NCBI GenBank assembly: GCA_002269645.1
Contig: NIVC01002720.1
Location: forward strand, 62,001 to 126,000
Direction of reading: 5' to 3'
Origin: Macrostomum lignano
Taxonomy: Eukaryota
Length of the DNA: 64,000 bases
The notes beneath the pieces were generated by a model. It was not told the origin of the DNA, did not search any database, and saw only the letters and a list, made by a program, of their open reading frames with translations. Shown here in pieces: positions 48,591 through 58,936 of the stretch (the first letter of the stretch is position 1; each line of letters starts with the position of its first letter). The position numbers and the translations under genes are program-made.

Positions 48591-49418
48591 TCACTGCTCT
48601 GTGGCCTTCTCCGTTTCCATGGGAACGTCCTTCAGCTGCGGCTGCTCCCGAGCTGCCGGAGCCTCGAACGGCGCCTCGATGCACAGCCGGCCATCGTGGC
48701 TGAGCTTGCTCACCACCTGGTCCAGCTTGGTGCCGTCGGGCAGCTGGTAGATTCGCTCCAGCCGCTTGTGGACCCGCTGCCCGCCGGCCTCCTCCTTGTG
48801 CTCCGCCTCCACCAGCACGCAGTCGCCCTGCTGTCGCACGCGAATCTCGTCCGGCTTGAACTCGCGCACCGACAGCTCCGCCTTGAACCGTTTGCTGCCA
48901 TCGTCCGCCTCCACCAGCTGGCCGGACCCCTCTGACTGCAGGTCGCCTCGCAGCAGGCCGCGCAGCTCGTCCCACACGGAGTCGCCCTGCGGTTTCTGCT
49001 GCTGCTGCTGCTGCTCCTGCTGCTTCAGCTGCTGCTGCTTCTGCTGCTCCTTGAACGGCGCCTGCAGCACCAGCATGCCGTCCCGGGTGAAGCCGCTGTT
49101 CAGCTTCTCTGCGTCCACTTCCTCCGGCAGCTCCACCGTCCGCTTCACCTCCGTCACGTCCTCGCCGTTCTCCAGCCGCGCCACCACCCGCACCTTCCGC
49201 TCCTCCCGCTTCACCGACACGTCCTTCGGCGAGAAGCCGCGAAGGTCCACAGTCCGGCTCCACTGACGCGGTCGCCTCGGACCTCTGTGCCGCAGCAGCT
49301 GCACCAGCGGGTCATACTCCGGCGTCAGCCAGTCGTCCAGCTCGCTCATGGCTGCCACGAGCGGCAGAGAGTGCGAGAACGGCGTGTACACGTTGCTGGG
49401 TGCGATCCACAGAGACAT
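48591..49418 (-). CDS. Small heat-shock protein with two alpha-crystallin domains (p40/Tsp36-like architecture), copy A
   Basis: Two ACD signatures (DLRGFSPKDVSVK...F.RDGMLVLQAP; SVREFKPDEIRVR...HKRLERIYQLPDG...LSHDGRLCIEAP) joined by a polyQ linker. ATG 49418 lies downstream of the TATA box. Confidence 0.9.
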   Translation of the reverse strand: MSLWIAPSNVYTPFSHSLPLVAAMSELDDWLTPEYDPLVQLLRHRGPRRPRQWSRTVDLRGFSPKDVSVKREERKVRVVARLENGEDVTEVKRTVELPEEVDAEKLNSGFTRDGMLVLQAPFKEQQKQQQLKQQEQQQQQQKPQGDSVWDELRGLLRGDLQSEGSGQLVEADDGSKRFKAELSVREFKPDEIRVRQQGDCVLVEAEHKEEAGGQRVHKRLERIYQLPDGTKLDQVVSKLSHDGRLCIEAPFEAPAAREQPQLKDVPMETEKATEQ

Positions 49419-49540
49419 GCTTGCTGTGTCGCTTGTAAATGATAGAGTTTGGCGATTGATTCGCTTTGCTTGAGATTGCTTTGCTTGCGGTTGCTTTGTG
49501 TGCTCCAATCCTGCCTCACTCTCGGATCCAGCTGTCTCGC

Positions 49541-49717
49541 TTTTATAGACTGGCACTGAGGAAGCTTCTCGAATTTTCTTGCCCACTGACTCATTCTGGA
49601 AATTTCTAGAAATCGAGCCGCCTACCCAAATTTAGACAGCAAAATGTTCATATTTCTACTGTTAGTAGATGAAACGCGCGTGCCTGTTTATCGAATTAGA
49701 AAATTCTAGAACTTTCT
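49541..49717 (-). promoter_or_regulatory. Heat-shock promoter: three 4-pentamer HSEs plus TATA (copy A)
   Basis: Mirror image of 51979-52155. Confidence 0.88.
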
Positions 49718-50351
49718 GACTGTGGCTACGCCTAAAGTAAACATGTAAACAGGCCAAAGCAAAACTTGTTTACGAGACAAAGTAGCATACGCTCGTGCAT
49801 TCGAAAAAAGGATTGCCTTCGAATGACGCTTACGTATTAGCGAAAATATTTGTGTAACAAAGGCGGGTTTGCGCTTGTTGCGGCCAGTGGCACGTTCAAT
49901 GGTGGGCAGCGGCCGGGGGGTAGGCCTGGGTACTTTCAGTTTGGCCGCTGCCCCATTGGTACTTGCATCCTTTCTCATTGCTTGTTGAATAAATTTGTAG
50001 CCTAGCTCATACATAAATCTCAGTAAAAACGGCCATGATCTCTACTTTAAAAAACGAATCATGTTTTGGCATTCTTTTTCGAGTATATTCAGCTCAGATA
50101 TTCTCTGGTATGGACGGGCTTAAGAGGCTCAAGAGGTTGAAGGTTGAATGAAACATTTTGGACAGAAATAGTCGCTTTTGCAGATTTTCTATTGTATTTT
50201 TGGCAGTCTTGGCAAGCCTTAAACTGCAACATCAGTCTATGGGCCAGGCTGCAGTGAGCATCAGAGGAAAAGCAACTCAGGAGCCCCAGGCTGCGCTCCA
50301 TCCCGCTGCCACTGCATAAAGCACAATCAGCCCTGGCAGTGCACAGAACCC

Positions 50352-51194
50352 ATGGTCTCCTTTGAGTTCAACTGCGCCAACCTCAACCACACGATCGACA
50401 AGGTGGCCAAGTGGATGGCCATGTCCGACTCGCAGGTCTGCCTGTTCGCGGACGACACTTCCGTCTCCATTCCGTCGTCATTGTCGACGAACTCGGTAGG
50501 CGAGCGGGGCCGGCAGGTGCTCATCGACCGGCTGAAGGGCGACGCCCTGAGCCGCATGAAGTCGCTGCTCCGGAGCACGGCCAGCCAGCAGAACAACCAC
50601 AACGAATTCAAGAGGAAGTCCGGCGACAGGCGCTCCGCCGTCATGGACTCGTGCAGCTCCGACAGCTCCGGCGCGACGCTGAACCGCAACCGGAACAACC
50701 GGCACGGCACCGAGGCGGAGCACCAGCGCAAGACGCACTCGGACAGCCGGCACAGACGCCAGTCGCAGCCGTCCAACAGCCACTCGGTTGCCATGCAGCG
50801 CAGGGACAGCGGCGACGGCAGCGGCGACTTCAAGGAGGACAAGTACCTCGAGCGCATCATCGAGCGGGCCACTCAGGAGATTCGAGTCGCAATCTACAAG
50901 CTCAGCGCCGAGAACAAGCTGCCGGAGAAGTGCCACCTCAAGATGAAGCTGTCCATCAAGCCGCAGCGGGCAGCCAGCGAGGCCAACAGCCCGAAGGAGC
51001 AGCACGGCCGGCATCGAGGCGGCGCCCGAGGCAGCAGAGACGAGGACGAAGGACGCCACCGGGTGTCGAACTCCGGGCGTCACAGGACCTCGGAGAGAGA
51101 CGGCGGGGGCAGGTCGGACAGGGAGAAGCGGGCCAGCTCGACGTCAAACAAGCGGGAGCAGCGCGAGCAGCGGAAGGACAAGCGGAAGCGCTGA
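50352..51194 (+). CDS. Orphan single-exon ORF (280 aa), basic/low-complexity C-terminus
   Basis: Long GC-rich ORF with the same codon style as neighbouring genes; no family recognised. The frame stays open upstream to 50223. Confidence 0.7.
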   Translation: MVSFEFNCANLNHTIDKVAKWMAMSDSQVCLFADDTSVSIPSSLSTNSVGERGRQVLIDRLKGDALSRMKSLLRSTASQQNNHNEFKRKSGDRRSAVMDSCSSDSSGATLNRNRNNRHGTEAEHQRKTHSDSRHRRQSQPSNSHSVAMQRRDSGDGSGDFKEDKYLERIIERATQEIRVAIYKLSAENKLPEKCHLKMKLSIKPQRAASEANSPKEQHGRHRGGARGSRDEDEGRHRVSNSGRHRTSERDGGGRSDREKRASSTSNKREQREQRKDKRKR

Positions 51195-51978
51195 GCCGTT
51201 AGTTGAGAAGCCTCTGAGCTTTTCACCGCTGCTTCTGCTTGGCTCTGAAAACTGCAACTGAGAATGGCGCTGAATGCTGCTCAGCCAGTTTACTGAAGTC
51301 TTAATTTTTAACAATAAGTCTCGTACGCTCCAATATTCCCTTTGCTGTGCTGGAAAAGGTTGAGCTGCCTACTGGGCTGCCGATACACGCGGACCGCCAG
51401 CGCGAATGCCGTCCTCAGCTTCACTTTTTAACTCCTGACACCTGCTGATCTAAGCAGCATGACTTTCAATTATATACTCCACGCAACAGTGTGCCATCAA
51501 TACTACTAGCGCCTTGAGCAGTGTGGAGGCTGGGAAAAGAAATATTTATTTACTCACAATTGTAGGAAAAGATGGCTTGCTTTTGCAGCTTAAAATACAC
51601 AATGTACGCGCTACTTCCTGTTACTAATGGGGACGCATTTTTATTTAATACCACTACAACTAGAATTTCTTTTGCTTTTGTTGAACGAGAAGAATAGACT
51701 ATCAGATTTTTCCCATAACGACTATTACGAAAAGGGGATGAAACTTCAGTAGGGTGCATGTACAGAGTCACTGCATTTAATTATTGGCTCAATAGGTCAT
51801 GGTCAACTATGGTCACATGCTTCCCGTTTCAGTACTCGTAAATGTTCACAGTTGCTCACGGTAACGAGAAAGCGACAGACAATTTTTTATATCACTCAAA
51901 ATATTAAAAAGAAACGGCCGTTTCATCTACTAACAGTAACAGCCTGTTTACATGTTTACTTTAGGCGTAGCCACAGTC

Positions 51979-52155
51979 AGAAAGTTCTAGAATTTTCTAA
52001 TTCGATAAACAGGCACGCGCGTTTCATCTACTAACAGTAGAAATATGAACATTTTGCTGTCTAAATTTGGGTAGGCGGCTCGATTTCTAGAAATTTCCAG
52101 AATGAGTCAGTGGGCAAGAAAATTCGAGAAGCTTCCTCAGTGCCAGTCTATAAAA
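51979..52155 (+). promoter_or_regulatory. Heat-shock promoter: three 4-pentamer HSEs plus TATA (copy B)
   Basis: Alternating nGAAn/nTTCn arrays at 51979-51998, 52084-52103 and 52117-52136. TATAAAA at 52149-52155. Confidence 0.9.
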
Positions 52156-52277
52156 GCGAGACAGCTGGATCCGAGAGTGAGGCAGGATTGGAGCACACAA
52201 AGCAACCGCAAGCAAAGCAATCTCAAGCAAAGCGAATCAATCGCCAAACTCTATCATTTACAAGCGACACAGCAAGC

Positions 52278-53105
52278 ATGTCTCTGTGGATCGCACCCAG
52301 CAACGTGTACACGCCGTTCTCGCACTCTCTGCCGCTCGTGGCAGCCATGAGCGAGCTGGACGACTGGCTGACGCCGGAGTATGACCCGCTGGTGCAGCTG
52401 CTGCGGCACAGAGGTCCGAGGCGACCGCGTCAGTGGAGCCGGACTGTGGACCTTCGCGGCTTCTCGCCGAAGGACGTGTCGGTGAAGCGGGAGGAGCGGA
52501 AGGTGCGGGTGGTGGCGCGGCTGGAGAACGGCGAGGACGTGACGGAGGTGAAGCGGACGGTGGAGCTGCCGGAGGAAGTGGACGCAGAGAAGCTGAACAG
52601 CGGCTTCACCCGGGACGGCATGCTGGTGCTGCAGGCGCCGTTCAAGGAGCAGCAGAAGCAGCAGCAGCTGAAGCAGCAGGAGCAGCAGCAGCAGCAGCAG
52701 AAACCGCAGGGCGACTCCGTGTGGGACGAGCTGCGCGGCCTGCTGCGAGGCGACCTGCAGTCAGAGGGGTCCGGCCAGCTGGTGGAGGCGGACGATGGCA
52801 GCAAACGGTTCAAGGCGGAGCTGTCGGTGCGCGAGTTCAAGCCGGACGAGATTCGCGTGCGACAGCAGGGCGACTGCGTGCTGGTGGAGGCGGAGCACAA
52901 GGAGGAGGCCGGCGGGCAGCGGGTCCACAAGCGGCTGGAGCGAATCTACCAGCTGCCCGACGGCACCAAGCTGGACCAGGTGGTGAGCAAGCTCAGCCAC
53001 GATGGCCGGCTGTGCATCGAGGCGCCGTTCGAGGCTCCGGCAGCTCGGGAGCAGCCGCAGCTGAAGGACGTTCCCATGGAAACGGAGAAGGCCACAGAGC
53101 AGTGA
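52278..53105 (+). CDS. Small heat-shock protein with two alpha-crystallin domains, copy B
   Basis: Protein identical to copy A; ATG 52278 lies downstream of the TATA box. Confidence 0.9.
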   Translation: MSLWIAPSNVYTPFSHSLPLVAAMSELDDWLTPEYDPLVQLLRHRGPRRPRQWSRTVDLRGFSPKDVSVKREERKVRVVARLENGEDVTEVKRTVELPEEVDAEKLNSGFTRDGMLVLQAPFKEQQKQQQLKQQEQQQQQQKPQGDSVWDELRGLLRGDLQSEGSGQLVEADDGSKRFKAELSVREFKPDEIRVRQQGDCVLVEAEHKEEAGGQRVHKRLERIYQLPDGTKLDQVVSKLSHDGRLCIEAPFEAPAAREQPQLKDVPMETEKATEQ

Positions 53106-53761
53106 ACTCACCGTATGGCACTAATGTACTGTACTCGTGTTTTGCAGACTTGCTGTTTTGAACTGCATGTCACATCCGTTTCACTTTCACTAGCCTCGGC
53201 TTAAATGCAAGCATGTATTGTCAGTTTTACTCATTTACATCTGTACAAGTAGAAGTTCGTATATTTTATGTTTCAGTTCGATTGTATCTTGCACTTAAAG
53301 TGTATCAAATCAATACAAAATAGCTATTCGATCGTATTCCTAATTTTTCGTGCTTTTTAACACCTGTTGGCATTACTTCTTTTTTGTAACAGTAATTATT
53401 GTAATATAAAATTCTAAATACACTCGCATTGGTTCAACGTGCATTTCTTGACACCTTTCAAGCCATTAAAATACATGCCATGTTTGAATTGCATCAACTT
53501 CCAGCCTTCTGTCAAATATTTCATCCGATCCAAAAAAAACAAGCTACAATTAATGTGCTCGAGAGCTAAAACAAAAGCCTACGATCTACCTTAAAACACA
53601 AGAGGGTTATGCAGAGCTCTTATAGAATTCAGACCTGCAATAAAGCTCATATAAAATGCTGTAAATTGCCGGGCAAAACAAATTTCCAATAATAAATCTG
53701 TACAATTCGACGTCCATGAAATCGGGCTAATCAAGGCCGTGTGTTTTGGAGGGGCTAGTAG

Positions 53762-54260
53762 AATAGGGCTCTGGTCAAGCTGTGTGTACATTGAGGGACA
53801 AGTGGAATAGGGCTCTGGTCAAGCTGTGTCTGCATTAAGGGGCGAGTGAAATAGGGCTCTGGTCAAGCTGTGTGTACATTGAGGGGCGAGTGGAATAGGG
53901 CTCTGGTCAAGCTGTGTGTACATTGAGGGGCGAGTGGAATACGGCTCTGGTCAAGCTGTGTGTACATTGAGGGACAAGTGGAATAGGGCTCTGGTCAAGC
54001 TGTGTGTACATTGAGGGGCGAGTGGAATAGGGCTCTGGTCAAGCTGTGTGTACATTGAGGGGCGAGTGGAATAGAGCTCTGGTCAAGCTGTGTGTACATT
54101 GAGGGGCGAGTGGAATAGGGCTCTGGTCAAGCTGTGTGTACATTGAGGGGCGAGTGGAATACGGCTCTGGTCAAGCTGTGTGTACATTGAGGGACAAGTG
54201 GAATAGGGCTCTGGTCAAGCTGTGTGTACATTGAGGGGCGAGTGGAATAGGGCTCTGGTC
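53762..54260. repeat. 44-bp minisatellite (GGGCTCTGGTCAAGCTGTGTGTACATTGAGGGGCGAGTGGAATA)
   Basis: 44-bp period. Confidence 0.95.
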
Positions 54261-54793
54261 ATGCAAGGCCATGTCCTGGTCACATGTAAAATTACTTTAC
54301 TTTGATCCAAATACTAAATGTACATACGGCAAATTGGCATCAGGGAGGCGATGTTTACAGTGAGCAAATATAATCCTCAATAATCGACCACTGAGAATGG
54401 TACAACTATTCGCCAGTGTGCAAATACGAGTGAACATATATTTTCTTTTTCAAGGCTAGTTTGTAAAACCTGTTTACAGAGACAATAACTGATTGCCTGT
54501 CGGTTTTGTGTCAATATACATCAAATTTTATCCAGCAGATAATTAGATCTATCACGCAGTGAGACATTTTATTGGAAGTCGCTCAGCACTGCACAAGCCA
54601 ATCAATCTACTTTGCTTTACCGGTATGGTTTTAGCGACTGTTTAACTTTGCTCAGCAAACACACCTGGTCTGTGTACTTTATTTGCACTTCCAGTATAGA
54701 CATATCTTTACTTAGTTACTTGTATATATTGGCTTCATACAGTTAAAGAGCCAGAATTCAGCAGCCAAATCCAATCAAATCATCAAACCAACT

Positions 54794-56692
54794 ATGACTG
54801 ACAGAATTTCGCTACACTCGGTCGGTTCCGATGCTTCGCGTTCCGACCCGATTTCCAGCAGTTGCACCGCAAGCAGCGTCGCTTCCGCGCTACTGGAGGC
54901 AATGCGAAACGGACAGTGGGACGAATTCAGTGACCAGCTTGAGAAGCTCGATGCAGACGAGATCCAGGACCTGCTGCTACCGAACTCGGTTGTAGAGACT
55001 GCGTCTGTTCACTTCAAGAGTGGAAGTCGATCTTCTTCAACGGATTGCGAGATCGCGCCGCTGGTTGAACTCATGCTCTGCCGGAAGCCAAAGCTGACTA
55101 AACGTGTTGTGGAGTTGATGCTCATCCCCTGCTCGGAGAATCTCGTCGACTGTCCGATGGTCTCACTAGTGCAGAGAGCGAGATTCGCTCTATTCCAACT
55201 GGTTGACTTCTGTCATGATCACGAAGATTACGAGCAGCCCATGGCGAAGCTGTTTCAGCTGCTGTGCAATGACCAGCCAGCATTCTGGGCCGCATTGCTG
55301 ACTGTAGAGGAAACTGTTGACGCGCTGACTGCCTTGGAGTATGCAGCCGTGCGGCGCTGCTTCCGCCTGGCCAGGGAGTTCATTGAAGCGCCCCAAAGCA
55401 TTAGAACGACTCGAGTGTCCAATGCAGACCGCAGGATGCATCTGGATAAGTATGACCTATCGCGTTATCACTGGCTCAGCGGTGACAGATTCTCGAAATC
55501 GCCGTTTGTCCAGCTGGGATGCGCCACCACCCGACGACTCCAAGACCAGTTACCCGACTCATATGAAGAGTTTTACCGCTGCCCAGTAGTTCAAAGCTAC
55601 ATTCGCAGCTCCGGCAACGTCATATTCTCTCCGGCTAGCGCCATCATAGCGGCAATATTTTACTTGGCCTATTATATTATCTATATTGTAACGTTCACAG
55701 CTCAGCTTTTTACCCGCGGTCAGTTTCGAGTCGACGCTGTCGTTCGAATCGCTGGCGAATCGGCGGGAATCAACTCGACAATTTGCTATTTGGAGAATTT
55801 ACCTCAGTCGCTATTGACCGTCATCGATTTTGCTAATAGCGGGCGCATAGCGTTGCAGGCTGTTACAGCTGTTACTGCGGGCATGTTCCTGCTCTTCTCC
55901 TGCTTTGGCAATTGGAGTCTGCCAAGACCCTCAAGAAGGAATTGGATTGTCCTGCATTGGCTGCGCAGCGCCTGCACCTATGCAGCGGATATTCGCGAGG
56001 GATCGATTCTCAACCTACTATTGTTTCAGCTGTATTATTTTGTAAATCAGTTCGAATATTTGAAGTGGGACTATGTCTACTGCAATGGAGTTGCCTACGT
56101 TGATCCCCTGAATCTGAAATGTCTATTTTTAATCCACTCTGTGTACCTAATTATGGTGATACTTTTTCTAATCAACCACTTGTCTCACCACTACAAGATA
56201 TTCTTCTTTCTAATGCACAGCCTCCAAGAGTCTGTGAATGTTCTACTCATCACTATCACGCCGATTTTCATGCTGTGCATGTCCGCTGTGATCTGCTATC
56301 CCTTCACTCCTTCCGGCAGCGTTCACATCCTGGATCAGCTGTTTCAAATAGCCATTGGCGCCTGCCGGTTTGTCTTCGGTCTCGCTGAATATCCCGATTC
56401 AAAAAATACGATTCTGCAGTGGATTCAGCCGATTTTTTTCGTTCTCGTTGCGATATTTTTGACAAATTTTTGCATCGCTCTGCTAACCCAGCGTATATCG
56501 ATATTGGAGCGCCAAGTTGACCTCAAGCAGGCGATGGCACAAATAGATTTGCAGCATCAAATTCTGCTCGGCATCCGGTATTTTGGCTTCATCGACCGCG
56601 TGTTCATCAGGAGGCGGCGAAAGTTAATCGTGGAAAATATTCAACTGAGGGTCACGGTTGAGAATAGAGTCACAGTCACCTGCGAAGACTAA
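54794..56692 (+). CDS. Intronless divergent TRP-like (TRPA/TRPV-type) cation channel
   Basis: 632-aa ORF. Ankyrin-like LTALEYAA..., pre-S1 CPVVQSYI, S1-like FYLAYYIIYIVTFTA, several TM helices, pore-like CRFVFGLAEY, S6-like FFVLVAIFLTNFCIALL followed by an amphipathic helix. Confidence 0.62.
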   Translation: MTDRISLHSVGSDASRSDPISSSCTASSVASALLEAMRNGQWDEFSDQLEKLDADEIQDLLLPNSVVETASVHFKSGSRSSSTDCEIAPLVELMLCRKPKLTKRVVELMLIPCSENLVDCPMVSLVQRARFALFQLVDFCHDHEDYEQPMAKLFQLLCNDQPAFWAALLTVEETVDALTALEYAAVRRCFRLAREFIEAPQSIRTTRVSNADRRMHLDKYDLSRYHWLSGDRFSKSPFVQLGCATTRRLQDQLPDSYEEFYRCPVVQSYIRSSGNVIFSPASAIIAAIFYLAYYIIYIVTFTAQLFTRGQFRVDAVVRIAGESAGINSTICYLENLPQSLLTVIDFANSGRIALQAVTAVTAGMFLLFSCFGNWSLPRPSRRNWIVLHWLRSACTYAADIREGSILNLLLFQLYYFVNQFEYLKWDYVYCNGVAYVDPLNLKCLFLIHSVYLIMVILFLINHLSHHYKIFFFLMHSLQESVNVLLITITPIFMLCMSAVICYPFTPSGSVHILDQLFQIAIGACRFVFGLAEYPDSKNTILQWIQPIFFVLVAIFLTNFCIALLTQRISILERQVDLKQAMAQIDLQHQILLGIRYFGFIDRVFIRRRRKLIVENIQLRVTVENRVTVTCED

Positions 56693-57359
56693 AAAGCAGG
56701 TGCGCTTGTATTCATTCATTACTGTTTTTGACTTGCAACAATATATAAGTTCTTGGGTTCTAACCTAGCTACTATGATATTAGTTCACTTTTGTGTTTGT
56801 TAAAAGAGGTAAATTATAAATTTTTCCCTGAAATGTTTTAAACTTTTTGTAAGCGCAGCTGAGTGTGATTAGATGATATTTAAATTTGTCCAATCGCCAC
56901 TCGTCAGATCACTCAATTATAAATGGATTTTTATACTTGCAAAAATGTGCAGCTTCTTACTGTTTTTTTATTATTCAAATTAATACAAAATAAACGTCTC
57001 CGGAAATATAAGGTTCGAGAGACAACTGCACATTACACCCGATGGCTGATGCATGGTTTGCAATGCAAAGCAATTGTTACTCTCATACATCGGTAGGAGT
57101 GCGATATCTCCGAAAACTCCTACGAAGCATTTGCATGGGACCGAAAGTTGGACAAATGGGTACGGTGCTGTATAAGCGGATCGGGGTTTTGAGATGGCAG
57201 TCCCTGCATCTGTTGACATGGTGGAGAGAAAGAACTATAGAGCCGTGGGATTTTTTCAGCAGTGATGCTATTCCTCCATTTTCTCCGCCTTTAGCCTCCT
57301 ACTCCTTTAGCCTTCAAAACTTAGGCTACTGAAATGAGTCGTCTAACACCATTTGCCAA

Positions 57360-57571
57360 ATGCAGTGGCGTACGCAGAGGTAGAAAGGTAGAGAGGGCCG
57401 CGGCTGCGGCCTATACCCAACCGCCCCTGAAAAAATTATGCTCCTCCAAAAACAAATGAGAGGCAATTAATCAACATCACAACAAAAAGGCCGCCCATTA
57501 AGAAGACACCAAATTTTTGGCGTCCCTGTTACGGCCCTCTGCAATTAAAATTTATGCGTATGCCACTGCAT
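57360..57571. mobile_element. Possible MITE with TIR ATGCAGTGGCGTACGCA
   Basis: Inverted ends CAGTGGCGTACGCA / TGCGTATGCCACTG; no TSD found. Confidence 0.45.
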
Positions 57572-58936
57572 CAATAGATTCACCACGAATTTCTGCTACT
57601 AGTAGGTATGGTCTAGAAACCATATAAATTGATTATTTAAACTTTTTAGCCAGTTTAATTAGTGTATTTAAAATTGTGCAAAAATGTGCATTTAATTTCA
57701 ATGATAACAGTTTACTAAACTTATTGTTCTTTGTCTACGTTCTAAACGTCTTACCGGCAAGCTATATATTTATTTAGTATTCTCTAACCTAGGAATCTAG
57801 TCTAATAAATAAATTGTTTAAACATGACGATTTTTCAAATCCATGCAAAAAAATAAAATTGCCCGACTCTCTCGCTCGCGCTATATTATACGGCCTAATT
57901 ATATTATTTTATTATACTATAGGCCCTAGCCCCAGGGCCTATTTGTTGTCTTATTTAAGTACAATGCCTTATGAAAGTTTAAAGTACTATCCAACAGATG
58001 ATAGGCCCTAAATTTGCTGCGAAGGGAACCCCTTTAATTCATTTTAGAAATTCTAAAAAACATTGTTTACAGTTGAAGCATTTTTTTCTATTTGGATTTC
58101 ATTTTGCAACTAAGTCTAGAATTTAAGCTTTAAGATAGACATAAAACAGAGTATATACTATAGACACATTAGGATGAAAATAGATTGATAATCACTAGGA
58201 CTGGGGCCTAGTGGATAACTTTGATAACTTGATAGATTACTGTTTAGGCCTATTCTTTATTATAGGGCCTATGACTTTCTGTACCTATATCATCTGTGAT
58301 AGGCCTAACTATTAGAAAATTAGAAAAAGAATAAATTTTTCATACATTTCTATGGCTTTTTCCTAAATACAAATGGTTTAAAACCAAGATTGCCATATAC
58401 CAAGATGGCTAGGCCTACAACAATATTGAATCTTTATTTTATCTATCTTTCTCTAGTAGGGGGGGGGGGGCTATTAATTAGCAACTTAATAACTTGCCAT
58501 ATTAATTATTATATTTAATCAATCATATTCATAAACATTAATACAATAATAATAGGTTTGAAACTAATTACCTATAATATAAACACCTTAACAGTAGAAC
58601 TACCAAGAGGGAGGGAAAAATTTCCCCCCCCCCTGACAATTTTTTTTGCTGCGCCGGAACGGAGCAACGCAGGCACACGAAATTCAAGAACACGGGCTAA
58701 CTTCTTGTTGCGCACCTTCTCAAACAAGAATCAAGTCGCCAACCCTCCGGACCGTCGAGATATTCGACGATTCTGCCAGAAAGTCGGATTTTTCCCATAA
58801 GCGCTAGTGTATTCAGTACACCCCTGTGCGCCAATTAGCACTGCGCCTCAGTGCAGCCTTGCCAAGTCTCCAAATTTCATCAGCACGTCGACCAAATGTG
58901 TCTGCATCAGCTCTGACTTCGTTGGTTACTGGCCTT

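Larger units (their letters stand above)
48083..53612. repeat. 1.67-kb near-perfect inverted duplication (48083-49754 / 51942-53612) with a 2.2-kb spacer
   Basis: Arms are reverse complements, with only isolated differences seen in the 3' flank. The encoded proteins are identical. Confidence 0.97.

Noticed and set aside
52110-52277. 56-aa N-terminal extension of the sHSP in the ORF track (and its mirror 49419-49586)
   Set aside because: The start codon lies upstream of the TATA box and the extension overlaps an HSE, so it is promoter/5' UTR.
56980-57332. Short ORFs downstream of the TRP-like gene
   Set aside because: No recognisable motifs or consistent splice structure.
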